Shown here: piece by piece, positions 46,978 to 57,161 of the stretch
How positions within the stretch are numbered: the first letter of the stretch is position 1
Layout of the letters: the number at the start of each line of letters is the position of its first letter
From: a virus
Taxonomy: Duplodnaviria > Caudoviricetes
Virus record (IMG/VR): IMGVR_UViG_2684623237_000002
Coordinates: 8,215-72,214 of that record
Strand: one strand, 5' to 3'
Length of the DNA stretch: 64,000 nt
Made by a program: the position numbers and the translations under genes
Notes under the pieces: model-generated
The model's database searches: none
The model's input: only the letters and a program-made list of their open reading frames with translations
What the model was told of the DNA's origin: nothing

Positions 46978-47589
46978 ATGGCGGCACTTGCCATCAATTA
47001 TCAGCCTATGACCACGATCCTGCTCTATGGCCAGCTCCGGCAGTTTGGTCGGTCCTTCCGGATGGCAGTGAGGACACCGGCCGAGGCCGTCAAGGCCCTG
47101 TGTGTGCAAATACCGGGTTTCGAGCGCTTCCTGTCCAATGCCAAATCCCGGGGTATCGAGTTCGCCGTATTTCGCGGGGCTACGAACCTGGCAGAAAAGG
47201 AACTGGGGTTTGTCGGCGAAGGGGATATCCGAATTGCACCTGTCATCACTGGCAGCAAACGCGCAGGGGCACTCCAAACCATCATCGGGGCTGTGCTGAT
47301 CGTTGTCGGCGCGGTGATTACCGGAGGCACCTTCGGCGCAGGCGCTCCGTTTGGTTCGGCCTTGATCATGATGGGGGGATCGATGGTGCTGGGTGGCGTA
47401 ATTCAAATGCTCAGCCCCCAGGCCGGCGGACTTAAGACCAGCGCTGCGCCGGAGAACACACCCGGCTACGCCTTCGGCAGCGCCAAGAACACAACGGCCT
47501 CCGGCAATTCTGTGTCGCTGTGTGCAGGCCGCCGGCGCTGGGGTGGCGCGATCATCAGTGCCGCCATTTACGCCGAAGATCAAATGTAG
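46978..47589 (+). CDS. Tail assembly protein I
   Basis: LYGQLRQFGR, EAVKALCVQIPGF, IRIAPVITGSK. Confidence 0.9.
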   Translation: MAALAINYQPMTTILLYGQLRQFGRSFRMAVRTPAEAVKALCVQIPGFERFLSNAKSRGIEFAVFRGATNLAEKELGFVGEGDIRIAPVITGSKRAGALQTIIGAVLIVVGAVITGGTFGAGAPFGSALIMMGGSMVLGGVIQMLSPQAGGLKTSAAPENTPGYAFGSAKNTTASGNSVSLCAGRRRWGGAIISAAIYAEDQM

Positions 47590-47648
47590 CCAACACCTGA
47601 AGCACCGCAGCCGCCCATGAGGCGGTTTTTTATTGCCTGGAGAAAAGC

Positions 47649-50600
47649 ATGGGCGCAGCACGCAAGATTGATATCCACGGCGCCAAGGGCGGCGAAGAAA
47701 AGCCAAAAACGCCAACGGAAGCCCCGGACAGTCTGCGCTCGGTGGCCATAGCCAAAATGCTGATCGCTATCGGTGAGGGTGAATTCGAAGGCACGCCTAC
47801 GGCGCGTGACATTTATCTCGACAACACCCCGCTGCAAGACCCTCAGGGCAACATGAACTTCCCGAACGTGAAGTGGGAATGGCGCACCGGTGCGGTGGAT
47901 CAGACCTATATCCAGGGGATTCCATCGGTCGAGAACGAGACCACGATTGGCACCGAGTTGCGTAGCGGCACGCCATGGGTCAAGTCCATCAACAACATCC
48001 AGCTTTCTGCTGTGCGCGTGCGCTTTTCTTGGCCGGCCCTCCAGTCAGTGGATGCCGGCGGCAACATCAACGGGTACCGGATTGAGTACAAGGTTGAACT
48101 GGCAACCGACGGCGGCGCCTACCAGCAGGTGCTGAGCGAAGCTGTCGATGGTAAGACCACCACCGTGTACGAGCGCACCCGCCGTATTGACCTTCCCAAG
48201 GCAGTGTCCGGCTGGCTTTTGCGTATTACCCGGATCACGCTGAACCAGAACAACAACAAAATCTCAGACACGATGCAGATCGCCGGCTTCACTGAGGTGA
48301 TCGACGCGAAGCTGCGGTATCCAAACACCGCGTTGTTGTACATCGAATTTTCCGCTGAGCAGTTCCGCAGTATCCCGGCAGTCACCATTGATTGCGACGG
48401 CCGCAAGTGGCAGGTGCCGAGCAATTACGACCCTCGATCGCGCAGCTACTCTGGCATTTGGGATGGCACATTCAAGGAGGCATGGACCGACAACCCTGTC
48501 TGGCATACCTATGGCCTCACCACGAACGACCGCTTCGGCCTCGGCCGCCGTATCAAGCCGTGGATGGTCGATAAGTGGGAGCTGTACCGCATCTCGCAGT
48601 ATTGCGACCAACTGGTACCGGATGGGAAGGGCGGCATGGAGCCGCGCTTCATCTGCAACCTGAACCTCCAGAGCAAGGCTGATGCCTGGTCCTTGCTGCG
48701 TGACATCTCGGCGATATACAGGGGCATGACCTACTGGGCGCAGGGCCAGGTGTTTACCCTGTCGGATATGCCGCGGGCCACTGACTTCGATTTCGCCTAT
48801 ACCCGGGCGAACGTCATCGATGGCAAGTTCACCTATTCGAGCGCATCGGAGCGCACTCGCTACAGCCGGGCGCTGGTCAGCTACGACAACCCGCTGAACA
48901 ACTACGACACCGACGTCACGGCCGTGACCGACCAGAAGCTGCAGCGGCGCTACGGCGACAACCCGCTGGAGATCAGCGCCATCGGCTGCACGCGTGAGTC
49001 GGAGGCCCAGCGCCGCGGCAAGTGGGCCTTGCTCACCAACTCCAAGGACCGGGCGGTAACGTTCCGTGTCGGCCTGGACGGCCGCATCCCGCTGCCTGGC
49101 TACGTAATTCCGATCGCGGACGAGCTGCTGGCTGGCCGGCCCGTGGGCGGGCGTATCTCATCGGTGAACGGCAAGGTCATTACCCTAGACCGCGACACCC
49201 AGGCAAAGCCCGGCGACCGGCTGATCCTCAACCTGCCCGACGGCAAGTGCGAGGGGCGCACCGTGCAACTGGTCAGTGGTCGCCAGGTCACGGTCACCAC
49301 GGCGTACTCCGTGGCGCCTGAGAGAGAACTGGTGTGGGCGCTCGACGCTGACGACCTGGCCATCCCGCTGTACCGGGTTACCAGCGTTTCCCGGCCAGAG
49401 CCTGGCGTGTTCGAAATCTCGGCTGTGCAGTACGACCCGAGCAAGTTTGCGCACATCGACACCGGCGCTCGGCTGGAAGAACGGCCGATCAGCGTTATCC
49501 CGATCACCGTAGTTCCAGCACCGGCCAGCGTCACGCTGACGTCGAGCTACGCCGTGAATCAGGGCATTGCCATCAGCACCATGAACGTCTCGTGGCCAGC
49601 CGTGAACGGTGCGATCGCCTACGACGTGGAGTGGCGCAAGGACAGCGGCAACTGGATCAAGGTGCAGCGCACCGGCTCGACGAGCGTCGATGTCACTGGC
49701 ATCCACTCGGGCGCCTACTTGGCCCGGGTCCGCTCGGTCAGCGCTTTCGAGATCTCGTCGATCTGGAAAAGCTCGATCCTGACCAACCTGGAAGGGAAGG
49801 TCGGGCTTCCGCCGGCGGTGTCGTCCCTGACCACCACCAGCCTGGTTTATGGCATTGGCATTCAGTGGGGATTCCCGCCGGGCGCCGAGGACACCCAGCG
49901 CACGGAGGTGTGGTACAGCCAGTCGGCGGATCTGTCGACTGCGGTCAAGCTGAGCGACTTCAGCTATCCGCAGGCCGCGCACGAAATGCACAGCCTGCTC
50001 GCCGGTGCGAGCCTCTTCTTCTGGGCGCGCCTGGTTGACCGGACTGGTAACGTTGGTCCGTTCTTCCCGGTGCCCGGCGCAGTCAACGGCCAGGCCAGCA
50101 GCAAGCAGAGCGATTATGAGGCGTACTACGCTGAGAAGATCGGCAAGGGCGCCCTGTACCAGAGCCTGCGCGAAGAGATCGAGCTGATTACAGGCGATGG
50201 TCCAGGGTCGGTAAATGAACGGCTTGATGAAGCCAAGCAAGAGTTGGAGGATTTGATCAAGCAGGTCAGCGATGCGCTCGCCTACGATCCTGCAAAGCCC
50301 TATCTGAAGGGCGACATCGTCCGACTGGATCAGCGTCTCTACCAAGCGAAAGGCCCGGTGCCGGTTGGGGCGGCGCCCCCAGACGCCGATTACTGGATCG
50401 ATATCGGTACCATCCTGGAGACCACCGACGCACTGGCGTCTCAAGTCCAGATCATCGAAACCAAGATCGAAGAGATCGACGGCAAGGTGTTGGCCACCGC
50501 AACCTCGGTGGAAGCGCTGCGCTCTGCTGCGCGTGGCGATGACGGCGCCGGCGACCTGGCCGATGCAATCAAAGGATGGACGTCCACGGCAGATCTTGCT

Positions 50601-51518
50601 GTCGAACGCAAAACGCGAGCGGGCGAGAATGACGCAATGGCTCAGCAGCTGCTCACCCTGGGTGCCCAGGTAGGCGATAACAAGTCGTCGCTGAGCGTTC
50701 TGGAACAGGTGGTAGCCAGCAACCGTGAGACCTCCGCAGCGCAGATCACCAAACTGAACAGCGATCTGTCTGCGGTCGATCAAAAGGCGAACGGCAATGC
50801 CCAGGCGCTCACCAACCTCGATACGAAGGTCATCAATCTTGACGGGAAGATCACCTCTCAGGCTTCGAGTAATGAGGCGCTCCGAGCTTCCGTTCGTGGT
50901 GACGACGGCTCTGGCGACCTGGCTGGGGCGATCAAAGCATGGGAATCAACCGCAGCCATCAGCACAGAGAAGAAAGTGCGAGCATCTGAAATCGAGGCCC
51001 AGGCTAAGGTTTCGGAAACGCTGCAGTCGAGCATCGGACAGACAAGCGCGTCGGTTCAAACGGTGAGCGAGACAGTAGTTCGGCTCGACGGCAAGGTGTC
51101 GGCACAGACCACCATGAAGGCACAGACCATCGTAGATGGAAGGAAGGTTGTTTCGGGTTTGGCCTTTGGCTCGAATGGCGAACAGTCGGAGTTCCTGATC
51201 TTCGCTCAGCGGTTCGCCATCGTGAACGAGGTCAGCGGCAAGGTTGACCCGATGTTCGTCATCGAGAACGGCCAGGCAGTCTTCAACACAGCGATCATCA
51301 GCAGGGCGATCATCCAGGAAATCGTTCTGGGGATGGTGCTTCGGTCGCCGGCGGTTGATTCGAAAGGCCGGCCTTTGCTGGAAATTAACATCCCGGCGGG
51401 CACTTTCACTCTTCGTAGTTCCGGTACGGGCGGCTCGGCCCTGCTCAACAACGACGGGCTCACTGTGTTTGATGCCCAAGATATTGATCGCGTAACCGTT
51501 GGGAGGCTTTCGTCATGA
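47649..51518 (+). CDS. Central tail tip protein J
   Basis: GAKGG, EGEFEG, YPNTA, WTDNP, FN3 domains, coiled coil. Confidence 0.95.
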   Translation: MGAARKIDIHGAKGGEEKPKTPTEAPDSLRSVAIAKMLIAIGEGEFEGTPTARDIYLDNTPLQDPQGNMNFPNVKWEWRTGAVDQTYIQGIPSVENETTIGTELRSGTPWVKSINNIQLSAVRVRFSWPALQSVDAGGNINGYRIEYKVELATDGGAYQQVLSEAVDGKTTTVYERTRRIDLPKAVSGWLLRITRITLNQNNNKISDTMQIAGFTEVIDAKLRYPNTALLYIEFSAEQFRSIPAVTIDCDGRKWQVPSNYDPRSRSYSGIWDGTFKEAWTDNPVWHTYGLTTNDRFGLGRRIKPWMVDKWELYRISQYCDQLVPDGKGGMEPRFICNLNLQSKADAWSLLRDISAIYRGMTYWAQGQVFTLSDMPRATDFDFAYTRANVIDGKFTYSSASERTRYSRALVSYDNPLNNYDTDVTAVTDQKLQRRYGDNPLEISAIGCTRESEAQRRGKWALLTNSKDRAVTFRVGLDGRIPLPGYVIPIADELLAGRPVGGRISSVNGKVITLDRDTQAKPGDRLILNLPDGKCEGRTVQLVSGRQVTVTTAYSVAPERELVWALDADDLAIPLYRVTSVSRPEPGVFEISAVQYDPSKFAHIDTGARLEERPISVIPITVVPAPASVTLTSSYAVNQGIAISTMNVSWPAVNGAIAYDVEWRKDSGNWIKVQRTGSTSVDVTGIHSGAYLARVRSVSAFEISSIWKSSILTNLEGKVGLPPAVSSLTTTSLVYGIGIQWGFPPGAEDTQRTEVWYSQSADLSTAVKLSDFSYPQAAHEMHSLLAGASLFFWARLVDRTGNVGPFFPVPGAVNGQASSKQSDYEAYYAEKIGKGALYQSLREEIELITGDGPGSVNERLDEAKQELEDLIKQVSDALAYDPAKPYLKGDIVRLDQRLYQAKGPVPVGAAPPDADYWIDIGTILETTDALASQVQIIETKIEEIDGKVLATATSVEALRSAARGDDGAGDLADAIKGWTSTADLAVERKTRAGENDAMAQQLLTLGAQVGDNKSSLSVLEQVVASNRETSAAQITKLNSDLSAVDQKANGNAQALTNLDTKVINLDGKITSQASSNEALRASVRGDDGSGDLAGAIKAWESTAAISTEKKVRASEIEAQAKVSETLQSSIGQTSASVQTVSETVVRLDGKVSAQTTMKAQTIVDGRKVVSGLAFGSNGEQSEFLIFAQRFAIVNEVSGKVDPMFVIENGQAVFNTAIISRAIIQEIVLGMVLRSPAVDSKGRPLLEINIPAGTFTLRSSGTGGSALLNNDGLTVFDAQDIDRVTVGRLSS

Positions 51519-51847
51519 CTTATGGTATGCGAACAAAGGGGGGGGATGGAGCGGTCCAGCTTGATGAAAACTCCTTTACCTGTCGAGTCGTCTACAGCGC
51601 AGTTGTTAATCCTGCTACTGCGCCGAATGGGTCTTACTTTGATATACCAGTCGTCGGAGTAACTACGGCCAACGCTGCTGCATTTTGCATACCTGCCGGG
51701 CCCATTAATTTCAGCTCTGATAAGCAGCTAGAGCCCGAGATTATAAATGGTGCAGCAAGAGTTTGGCGGGTTATGAAAGGGTATTCCTACCCTAATAGCT
51801 GGTCCAGCCAAACAGCTATGATCCTTATCGTAGTGAGGTTTAAGTAA
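51515..51847 (+). CDS. Tail tip accessory protein
   Basis: ATGA overlap with J; lower GC. Confidence 0.75.
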   Translation: MTYGMRTKGGDGAVQLDENSFTCRVVYSAVVNPATAPNGSYFDIPVVGVTTANAAAFCIPAGPINFSSDKQLEPEIINGAARVWRVMKGYSYPNSWSSQTAMILIVVRFK

Positions 51848-52537
51848 GTGGCGGAATCTTATGGTTTGACGTTTCAGAACTCAGTGGATAATAGAGTTAT
51901 TATTGATTCTGAGTTTACGAGGCTTTCTGTTATATGCAAAGGAAGGTATGTTAACAATTCGGGTCTTTATGCAATCACATCTTTTCCGTTCGCAATAAAG
52001 TCGCAGTGGCCTCCGTTTGTGTTCATACGTCCTGACCCGGCTGCTGGGCAGATAGGTATGACACAAGCTGAAGTGCTAGGAAGCTCAGGCGCGTGGACTG
52101 GATTCAGAATTAGGGCTTATGATAACTCCAGTGTTCGACCTAACGGCAGTTACTTTGTTGCGGGCTTCGGTGCTGAGATTTTAAGTGACTATGGAATGCG
52201 GCTTAAAGACGGAGACAGGAAAGTACTTTTTGATACGGGCACGCCAACTGCTTTGTTTGCTAACTATAACTCGACATGGACGTACTCGGGGCAAGGTACA
52301 ACGCCTCAGGGACAAAGCATCGCCTATTTTACCGCGCCGTTCGTGATGAGCAATAAAGAGTACATATTGATAAATACTCTGAGTATGCCGGTTATCCGTT
52401 CATTGCAACAGCAAAGCGATCTGCAAATGATATGGGATTATCCTAATAACAGAATGATTGCGGCTGTTATTTATATCAATGGATATAACACTAACTCGCT
52501 GGGTATTTCCACGATGACAGCAAAGCTCGTTGTGTGA
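51848..52537 (+). CDS. Tail tip accessory protein (GTG start probably 51848)
   Basis: Duplicated YGL/YGM..D...V.FD motif; lower GC. Confidence 0.75.
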   Translation: MAESYGLTFQNSVDNRVIIDSEFTRLSVICKGRYVNNSGLYAITSFPFAIKSQWPPFVFIRPDPAAGQIGMTQAEVLGSSGAWTGFRIRAYDNSSVRPNGSYFVAGFGAEILSDYGMRLKDGDRKVLFDTGTPTALFANYNSTWTYSGQGTTPQGQSIAYFTAPFVMSNKEYILINTLSMPVIRSLQQQSDLQMIWDYPNNRMIAAVIYINGYNTNSLGISTMTAKLVV

Positions 52538-52590
52538 TGTGGTTTTTAAGTCTATTGCACCTATTTTAAATTATTAGTTCGGAGTAAGTC

Positions 52591-53331
52591 ATGGCTTCTT
52601 GGTTCGCAGAAGGAACCGTAACAGTCACCAACGGGAATACCGTGGTGGCTGGTGTGGGTACGAAGTTTTCAAATTGCCGATCTGGTGACATGTTCGTCGG
52701 GCCTGACAACGGCATTTATCAAGTGATCAATCCGTCGAGTGATACCTCCGTTTCAATCTCGCCGGCCTACCGCGGTACTACTGTCGCTGGTGCTGCTTAC
52801 GGCATCGTGCCGGTTAACGGCTACCCAAAGGCACTGGCTGATGCAGTGAACCTCATGGTTCAGCAGTGGGGCGCAACCCTTGCTGGCCTGGGCCCTGTCG
52901 CAAGCATGACGATAGTGCCCGTTGCCAACGGAGGTACGGCCGCCAATTCGGCGGCGGGTGCCCGGGCAAATCTTGGGCTCGGTAGTGCGGCCGTAAAAAA
53001 CATCGGCAGTGCCGCCGGCAATCTTCAGGACGTGAATTCACCTCCTGCGATGGTTGGCAACTCTGCATTCGCTGAACCGGGCAGCCACTTCATCAGCTAC
53101 GGCGACAACACCACAAACGTACCGGCCGGCGGCGCTTACTGGGCAGGTCTGCGCGCTCAATACCCATTCCAGAACTGCGGCATGGATCTTGTAGCCCAAG
53201 TTGTCACCGGCGGCAGCATGAACCTGATGTTTCGAACCATCGCAGGCAGCGGTGCGCCAGACGCGTGGCGGAAGATCTACCACGATGGCAACACAACCCG
53301 TGCCGCTGACGGCACCTTGAAGGCGATCTGA
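52591..53331 (+). CDS. Tail fibre protein
   Basis: GTVTVTNG..V.GVGTKF, VANGGT.A.SA..AR.NLGLG, NTTRAADGTLKAI. Confidence 0.85.
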   Translation: MASWFAEGTVTVTNGNTVVAGVGTKFSNCRSGDMFVGPDNGIYQVINPSSDTSVSISPAYRGTTVAGAAYGIVPVNGYPKALADAVNLMVQQWGATLAGLGPVASMTIVPVANGGTAANSAAGARANLGLGSAAVKNIGSAAGNLQDVNSPPAMVGNSAFAEPGSHFISYGDNTTNVPAGGAYWAGLRAQYPFQNCGMDLVAQVVTGGSMNLMFRTIAGSGAPDAWRKIYHDGNTTRAADGTLKAI

Positions 53332-53333
53332 CC

Positions 53334-53684
53334 ATGGCAAGAGCAGCAATTAACGTTCTCGGCGCAACCGGTGCGACGTACGACTTCGTCACCCAGGGCG
53401 CCACCGCTGTCACTTCGGCGCGACTTTCGAAGGGGCTATACCAAATTACAGGGTGCCTTGGCATGGTCCCGTTCCCACCTATCGACGACGGATGGGGTTA
53501 CACGGTGAACCAGGTGGACGGTCGGGCTGACGTGGAGACGGACTTCGCGGACGGCCTCCTGACCGTGACGGTGACCAAGGACGGCCAGCCGTACGACCTG
53601 AAGCACATGATCACCCTGCACATTCTGGTACCGGACTCGCCGGCCGTAGATGTACCGACGCCCGCGCAGACCGCTGAGGCCTGA
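53334..53684 (+). CDS. Tail fibre-associated protein
   Basis: Directly follows fibre gene. Confidence 0.7.
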   Translation: MARAAINVLGATGATYDFVTQGATAVTSARLSKGLYQITGCLGMVPFPPIDDGWGYTVNQVDGRADVETDFADGLLTVTVTKDGQPYDLKHMITLHILVPDSPAVDVPTPAQTAEA

Positions 53685-53766
53685 TCGCTGACCAAACATC
53701 GATGCCCGCCTTGAGCGGGTTTTTTATTGCCTGGGAAAATCTCGGCTAGTTCGGCTCTAATAAAGG

Positions 53767-53976
53767 TCAGCTTCCACTAGGTTTCAGATCGATTTTCTCT
53801 GATGGTTTTTTCGAGCTAGAGGATGGTGTGGAATTGCAGCCAGGCTGATTGGCTGGCTCGGCATCGCAGCTGATTTGGAAGCCTCCAACCCTCATGTCAG
53901 TAGTGTTGTGTCCGGTGCTGTACGACGAACAAGCGCCGAGAGTTGCAGAAACTATAAGGATCGCTAGGTATTTCAT
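53767..53976 (-). CDS. Small antisense lipoprotein moron
   Basis: Lipobox LGAC; between two terminators. Confidence 0.65.
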   Translation of the reverse strand: MKYLAILIVSATLGACSSYSTGHNTTDMRVGGFQISCDAEPANQPGCNSTPSSSSKKPSEKIDLKPSGS

Positions 53977-54071
53977 CTGGGGTCCATTCCTGTTCACTCC
54001 GATAATCCCCCGAGTATATCGAAAGTGCCTCGCCCGCCAAGATGCGGGCTTTTTTTCACCTGGAGAAAACT

Positions 54072-54605
54072 ATGCCGATCACTGAGCAGCAGCTGCTGCA
54101 GATCCTCCCGAACGCCGGCCGCCAAGCCGGCGTTTTTGTTCCTGTGCTGAATGTGGCCATGGCTAAGTACGGAATCGTCACGCGACTGCGCATCGCCGCA
54201 TTCATCGCCCAGGTCGGGCATGAGTCCGGCCAACTGCGCTACGTGCGCGAGATCTGGGGGCCCACGGTGCAGCAGCTCACGTACGAAGGTCGTGCCGATC
54301 TGGGCAACACCATCAAGGGTGACGGCTCGAATTACCGTGGGCGTGGACTGATCCAGATAACCGGCCGAGCCAACAATGCTGCATGCGGTGAAGCCCTGGG
54401 CCTGGATCTGATCAACAATCCGGACCTGCTCGAGCTGCCCCAGCACGCGGCGATGTCGGCGGCCTGGTTCTGGTCTACCAAGGGGCTCAACACGCTGGCG
54501 GATCAGGGTGAGTTCACGAAGATCACGCGGCGCATCAATGGCGGGCTCACAGGCCAGGTCGATCGCCAGGCGCTATACGACAAGGCGCTTAAGGTGCTGG
54601 CATGA
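54072..54605 (+). CDS. GH19 endolysin
   Basis: AAFIAQVGHESG, YRGRGLIQITGR.N, TRRINGG. Confidence 0.95.
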   Translation: MPITEQQLLQILPNAGRQAGVFVPVLNVAMAKYGIVTRLRIAAFIAQVGHESGQLRYVREIWGPTVQQLTYEGRADLGNTIKGDGSNYRGRGLIQITGRANNAACGEALGLDLINNPDLLELPQHAAMSAAWFWSTKGLNTLADQGEFTKITRRINGGLTGQVDRQALYDKALKVLA

Positions 54606-55108
54606 CGCAGGTGCAGAAGCTGGTGCTCATCCTGCTGGCGATGGCCGTGAGCTTCGGCGCTGCCTGGCAGGTGCAGGACTGGCGGTACGACGGGAAGCTG
54701 GCAAAACAGGCGGGGCAGTTCCAGACGGACCTCAACGCGATCGGCAATGCTGCAGCCGCCCAGGCGCGCGCCGAGCAAGACAAGCGCCTGGCCACCGAGC
54801 AGCAACTGGCCGCCGCCGACCAACAACACTCCAAGGAATTATCCGATGCCCAGCGCAACCAGGCTCTGCTGCGTGACCGCCTTGCTACTGCTGATGTGCG
54901 GCTGTCAGTCCTTCTCGACGCCACGGATTCAGCCAGTGGCTGCGACGTGCCTGCCGCCCCCGGCGCCGTCGGCGTGGTTCATGCAACCCGTCGAGCCCAG
55001 CTTGACCCAGCGCATGCTCAACGAATTATCAGCATCACCGACGCCGGCGACCAAGGATTGATCGCGCTGCGGGCGTGCCAGGCTTACGTCAGGACTATTT
55101 CTCGCTGA
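54602..55108 (+). CDS. rz: i-spanin (Rz)
   Basis: N-terminal TM, coiled coil, LRACQAYV. Confidence 0.88.
   Translation: MTQVQKLVLILLAMAVSFGAAWQVQDWRYDGKLAKQAGQFQTDLNAIGNAAAAQARAEQDKRLATEQQLAAADQQHSKELSDAQRNQALLRDRLATADVRLSVLLDATDSASGCDVPAAPGAVGVVHATRRAQLDPAHAQRIISITDAGDQGLIALRACQAYVRTISR
54846..55061 (+). CDS. rz1: o-spanin (Rz1), nested in rz
   Basis: Lipobox LMCGC, Pro-rich CLPPPAPSAWFM, alternative frame. Confidence 0.75.
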   Translation: MPSATRLCCVTALLLLMCGCQSFSTPRIQPVAATCLPPPAPSAWFMQPVEPSLTQRMLNELSASPTPATKD

Positions 55109-55781
55109 TCGGCTGGATCAGCTCCGGCCCCTTGTTCCGCACATTTCCCACGGCAGTGTCGACCTTGAACCATTCGAAGGCGTCGGCAGGCTCGCCCTGG
55201 TGCAGCCCCATCTGTTCGGCGCGCTCCTTGGGCGTGGCCGGGTCCAACCATTCCCGGGCCAGGTCCGGCGTCAGTACCACGGGCCGCCGGTCGTGAATGT
55301 CCACCATGCCGCCAGCGCTGTCGGCGGTGATGATCACGAATCCATCATGCTCGCCCGGTCCTTCATCGCTGTCAGGCAGTTGGCCAATGGCTGCGCACAG
55401 CACGGGCGCGCCATCCCGCCTGCGGATCAGGTAGGGCTGCTTCTTCGGCCCGCCTTCGTCGACCCACTCAAACCAGTTGTCGACGGGCGTGATTGCCCGG
55501 TGCGGCCAGATTGCGCGGAAGAACGGGCCGTGAGCCACCTTCTCGACGCGGGCATTAATCGGCGCGGCGCGGTCCTTGGCCCAGTGCGGCCGCCATCCCC
55601 AGCGCACCAGGTCGGCGTGCAGCAGGTCTCCTTGCTGGTGGAGCAGGGCGACTTGCGTTGTTGGTGCGACGTTGTACCGCTCCAGGGGCAACTCACCCAC
55701 GGAGTTCGCCAGGGCATTGGGCATGCTCAGCGCTGCAACGAAGTCGTGAATGCCGCTGTACTGGGAAAGTCTTCCGCACAT
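55095..55781 (-). CDS. SOS response-associated peptidase (SRAP/HMCES family)
   Basis: MCGR start, RYNVAPT, INARVE, IHDRRP. Confidence 0.93.
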   Translation of the reverse strand: MCGRLSQYSGIHDFVAALSMPNALANSVGELPLERYNVAPTTQVALLHQQGDLLHADLVRWGWRPHWAKDRAAPINARVEKVAHGPFFRAIWPHRAITPVDNWFEWVDEGGPKKQPYLIRRRDGAPVLCAAIGQLPDSDEGPGEHDGFVIITADSAGGMVDIHDRRPVVLTPDLAREWLDPATPKERAEQMGLHQGEPADAFEWFKVDTAVGNVRNKGPELIQPISEK

Positions 55782-55864
55782 AGTCGTCTCCGCTCGTCGG
55801 CCCCAATGAACAGCCGGGGCCAGGCCAATCTCTACACTGTAGACACTGGCCCCGGGTATTCGTC

Positions 55865-56074
55865 ATGACAATAAACATTGATCAGATCAACGTAATGGAG
55901 GCTTGGTTTTCCCTGCGCAACGATCAGGACTTCAACTCAGCCACACCGGAGGAGCGTTACGAGAGGCGCCTGGCGTTGGCTGACGACATGAAAGATCGCG
56001 GTGTAATCGACAGCGGCGAGTGGCGTGAACTGACCGAAGAGGCCGTCGCCGCGTACGCGGACGAGCTAGGCTGA
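55865..56074 (+). CDS. Hypothetical acidic protein
   Basis: 69-aa ORF divergent from SRAP. Confidence 0.6.
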   Translation: MTINIDQINVMEAWFSLRNDQDFNSATPEERYERRLALADDMKDRGVIDSGEWRELTEEAVAAYADELG

Positions 56075-56419
56075 GGGTTCTTTAAGGCTCTTGAGCTCGC
56101 CCAGTAGCCGTTGATTTTCCCTGAGCAGGTAGTCGCGCTGCTCGGCAACAAGCTTAATGCTAAGAATGCCGGGCTCTGTGGACGCTCGCTTCACCTCGTC
56201 GAGTTCCACCAGTGCTGCCTTCAGTTCATTCTCTGCCTTGGCTTTGCCTACGGCCAGCACATCATTCATCTGCACCAGGCCGGATATGTTTGCCCGCGCC
56301 TTGCGCAGTTGAATCTGCAGGTCGGCAACCTCGTCCTCAATCATCGAGCAATGATGTTTGTACATTTCCAGGGGCGTAGGGCATCCAAGCCACTCGCAGG
56401 TGTCTTCGTCAATGTTCAT
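56066..56419 (-). CDS. Hypothetical coiled-coil protein, SOS-regulated
   Basis: WLGCPTPLEMYKHHC; LexA box upstream. Confidence 0.7.
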   Translation of the reverse strand: MNIDEDTCEWLGCPTPLEMYKHHCSMIEDEVADLQIQLRKARANISGLVQMNDVLAVGKAKAENELKAALVELDEVKRASTEPGILSIKLVAEQRDYLLRENQRLLGELKSLKEPSA

Positions 56420-56439
56420 TGTGGGAGCGAACTCTAGTG

Positions 56440-56455
56440 CTGTATGTGCGTACAG
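56440..56455. promoter_or_regulatory. LexA (SOS) box
   Basis: CTGT-ATGTGCGT-ACAG. Confidence 0.8.
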
Positions 56456-57161
56456 TAATCGAGCTTCGACGGTTGTGCGATTTGAGGCGACGAGCTGTAG
56501 GGGATTTTGGTTTGGTGTTCGGTCGGCAGGACGCCGAGGGAAGGGCGGGTTCCTTATACCACTTTTTACGACTGTCCGTGTTTGGCAGGGTGAACTCGGG
56601 TGCTGCTGAGTAAGTACACCCTCGGAATCTTTGGCTTTCGCTACTTACCATAACCCTCTGAAAATCGCGCCGTGATCGCTCTGCGAGCTTGCCAGGCGTA
56701 CGTCAGGGCTATTGATCAGAATTAAATTCAATGATCCGACCCTCCCCACGTGATCGATTTCCGTAACGGCTTCGTCAACATGGTGGGTGTTCCTGCCGAT
56801 ACGGCCGGACTGCCGCCCATGAAGATCGAGGAGCGTCTCAGGCCAAGAACGGCTTTCGCGGCATTTTCGGAAATTTCCCTGCCGTATGCAGGAAAGTGGA
56901 CCTCCTAATTTACCCATAAAGGCAGGAACATCGTGGCGACGGAAGCGGGGCCTGTACTCATGATTTCTTTACGAATTCTCGTGCTTGAGGATCTGACTGT
57001 GAACAACGTCGTGATCTCAATGTGCGAGGACGGCTCCTAGAACCGGCAATTCCGCTCTTCCCGAGTAAAGAAGTTGTGTCCCTGCTCAGTGCACCTGGCG
57101 GCTTAAACAGTCTGTCGAGAGCCTGGCGGGCTGTATTTGTCCCGCAAAAAAGGAATCTTCC

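Larger units (their letters stand above)
1..56460. mobile_element. Lambda-like temperate siphovirus prophage (left end/integrase outside window; right end approximate)
   Basis: Canonical lambdoid order: recombination, cI/cro, replication, nin, Q, terminase, portal, capsid, tail (TMP, M, L, K, I, J), lysis, SRAP. No att core identifiable. Confidence 0.95.

Noticed and set aside
49185-50783. Long antisense ORFs over J (also 28360-29625, 37791-39233, 19426-20607, 33527-34561)
   Set aside because: Typical stop-poor reverse frames of high-GC3 genes; no recognisable domains
51515-53684. Diversity-generating retroelement or invertible tail-fibre system
   Set aside because: No reverse transcriptase, TR/VR pair, invertase or inverted fibre copies seen
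56460-57160. attR / prophage right boundary
   Set aside because: No tRNA end or core repeat can be identified without the left junction; boundary left approximate
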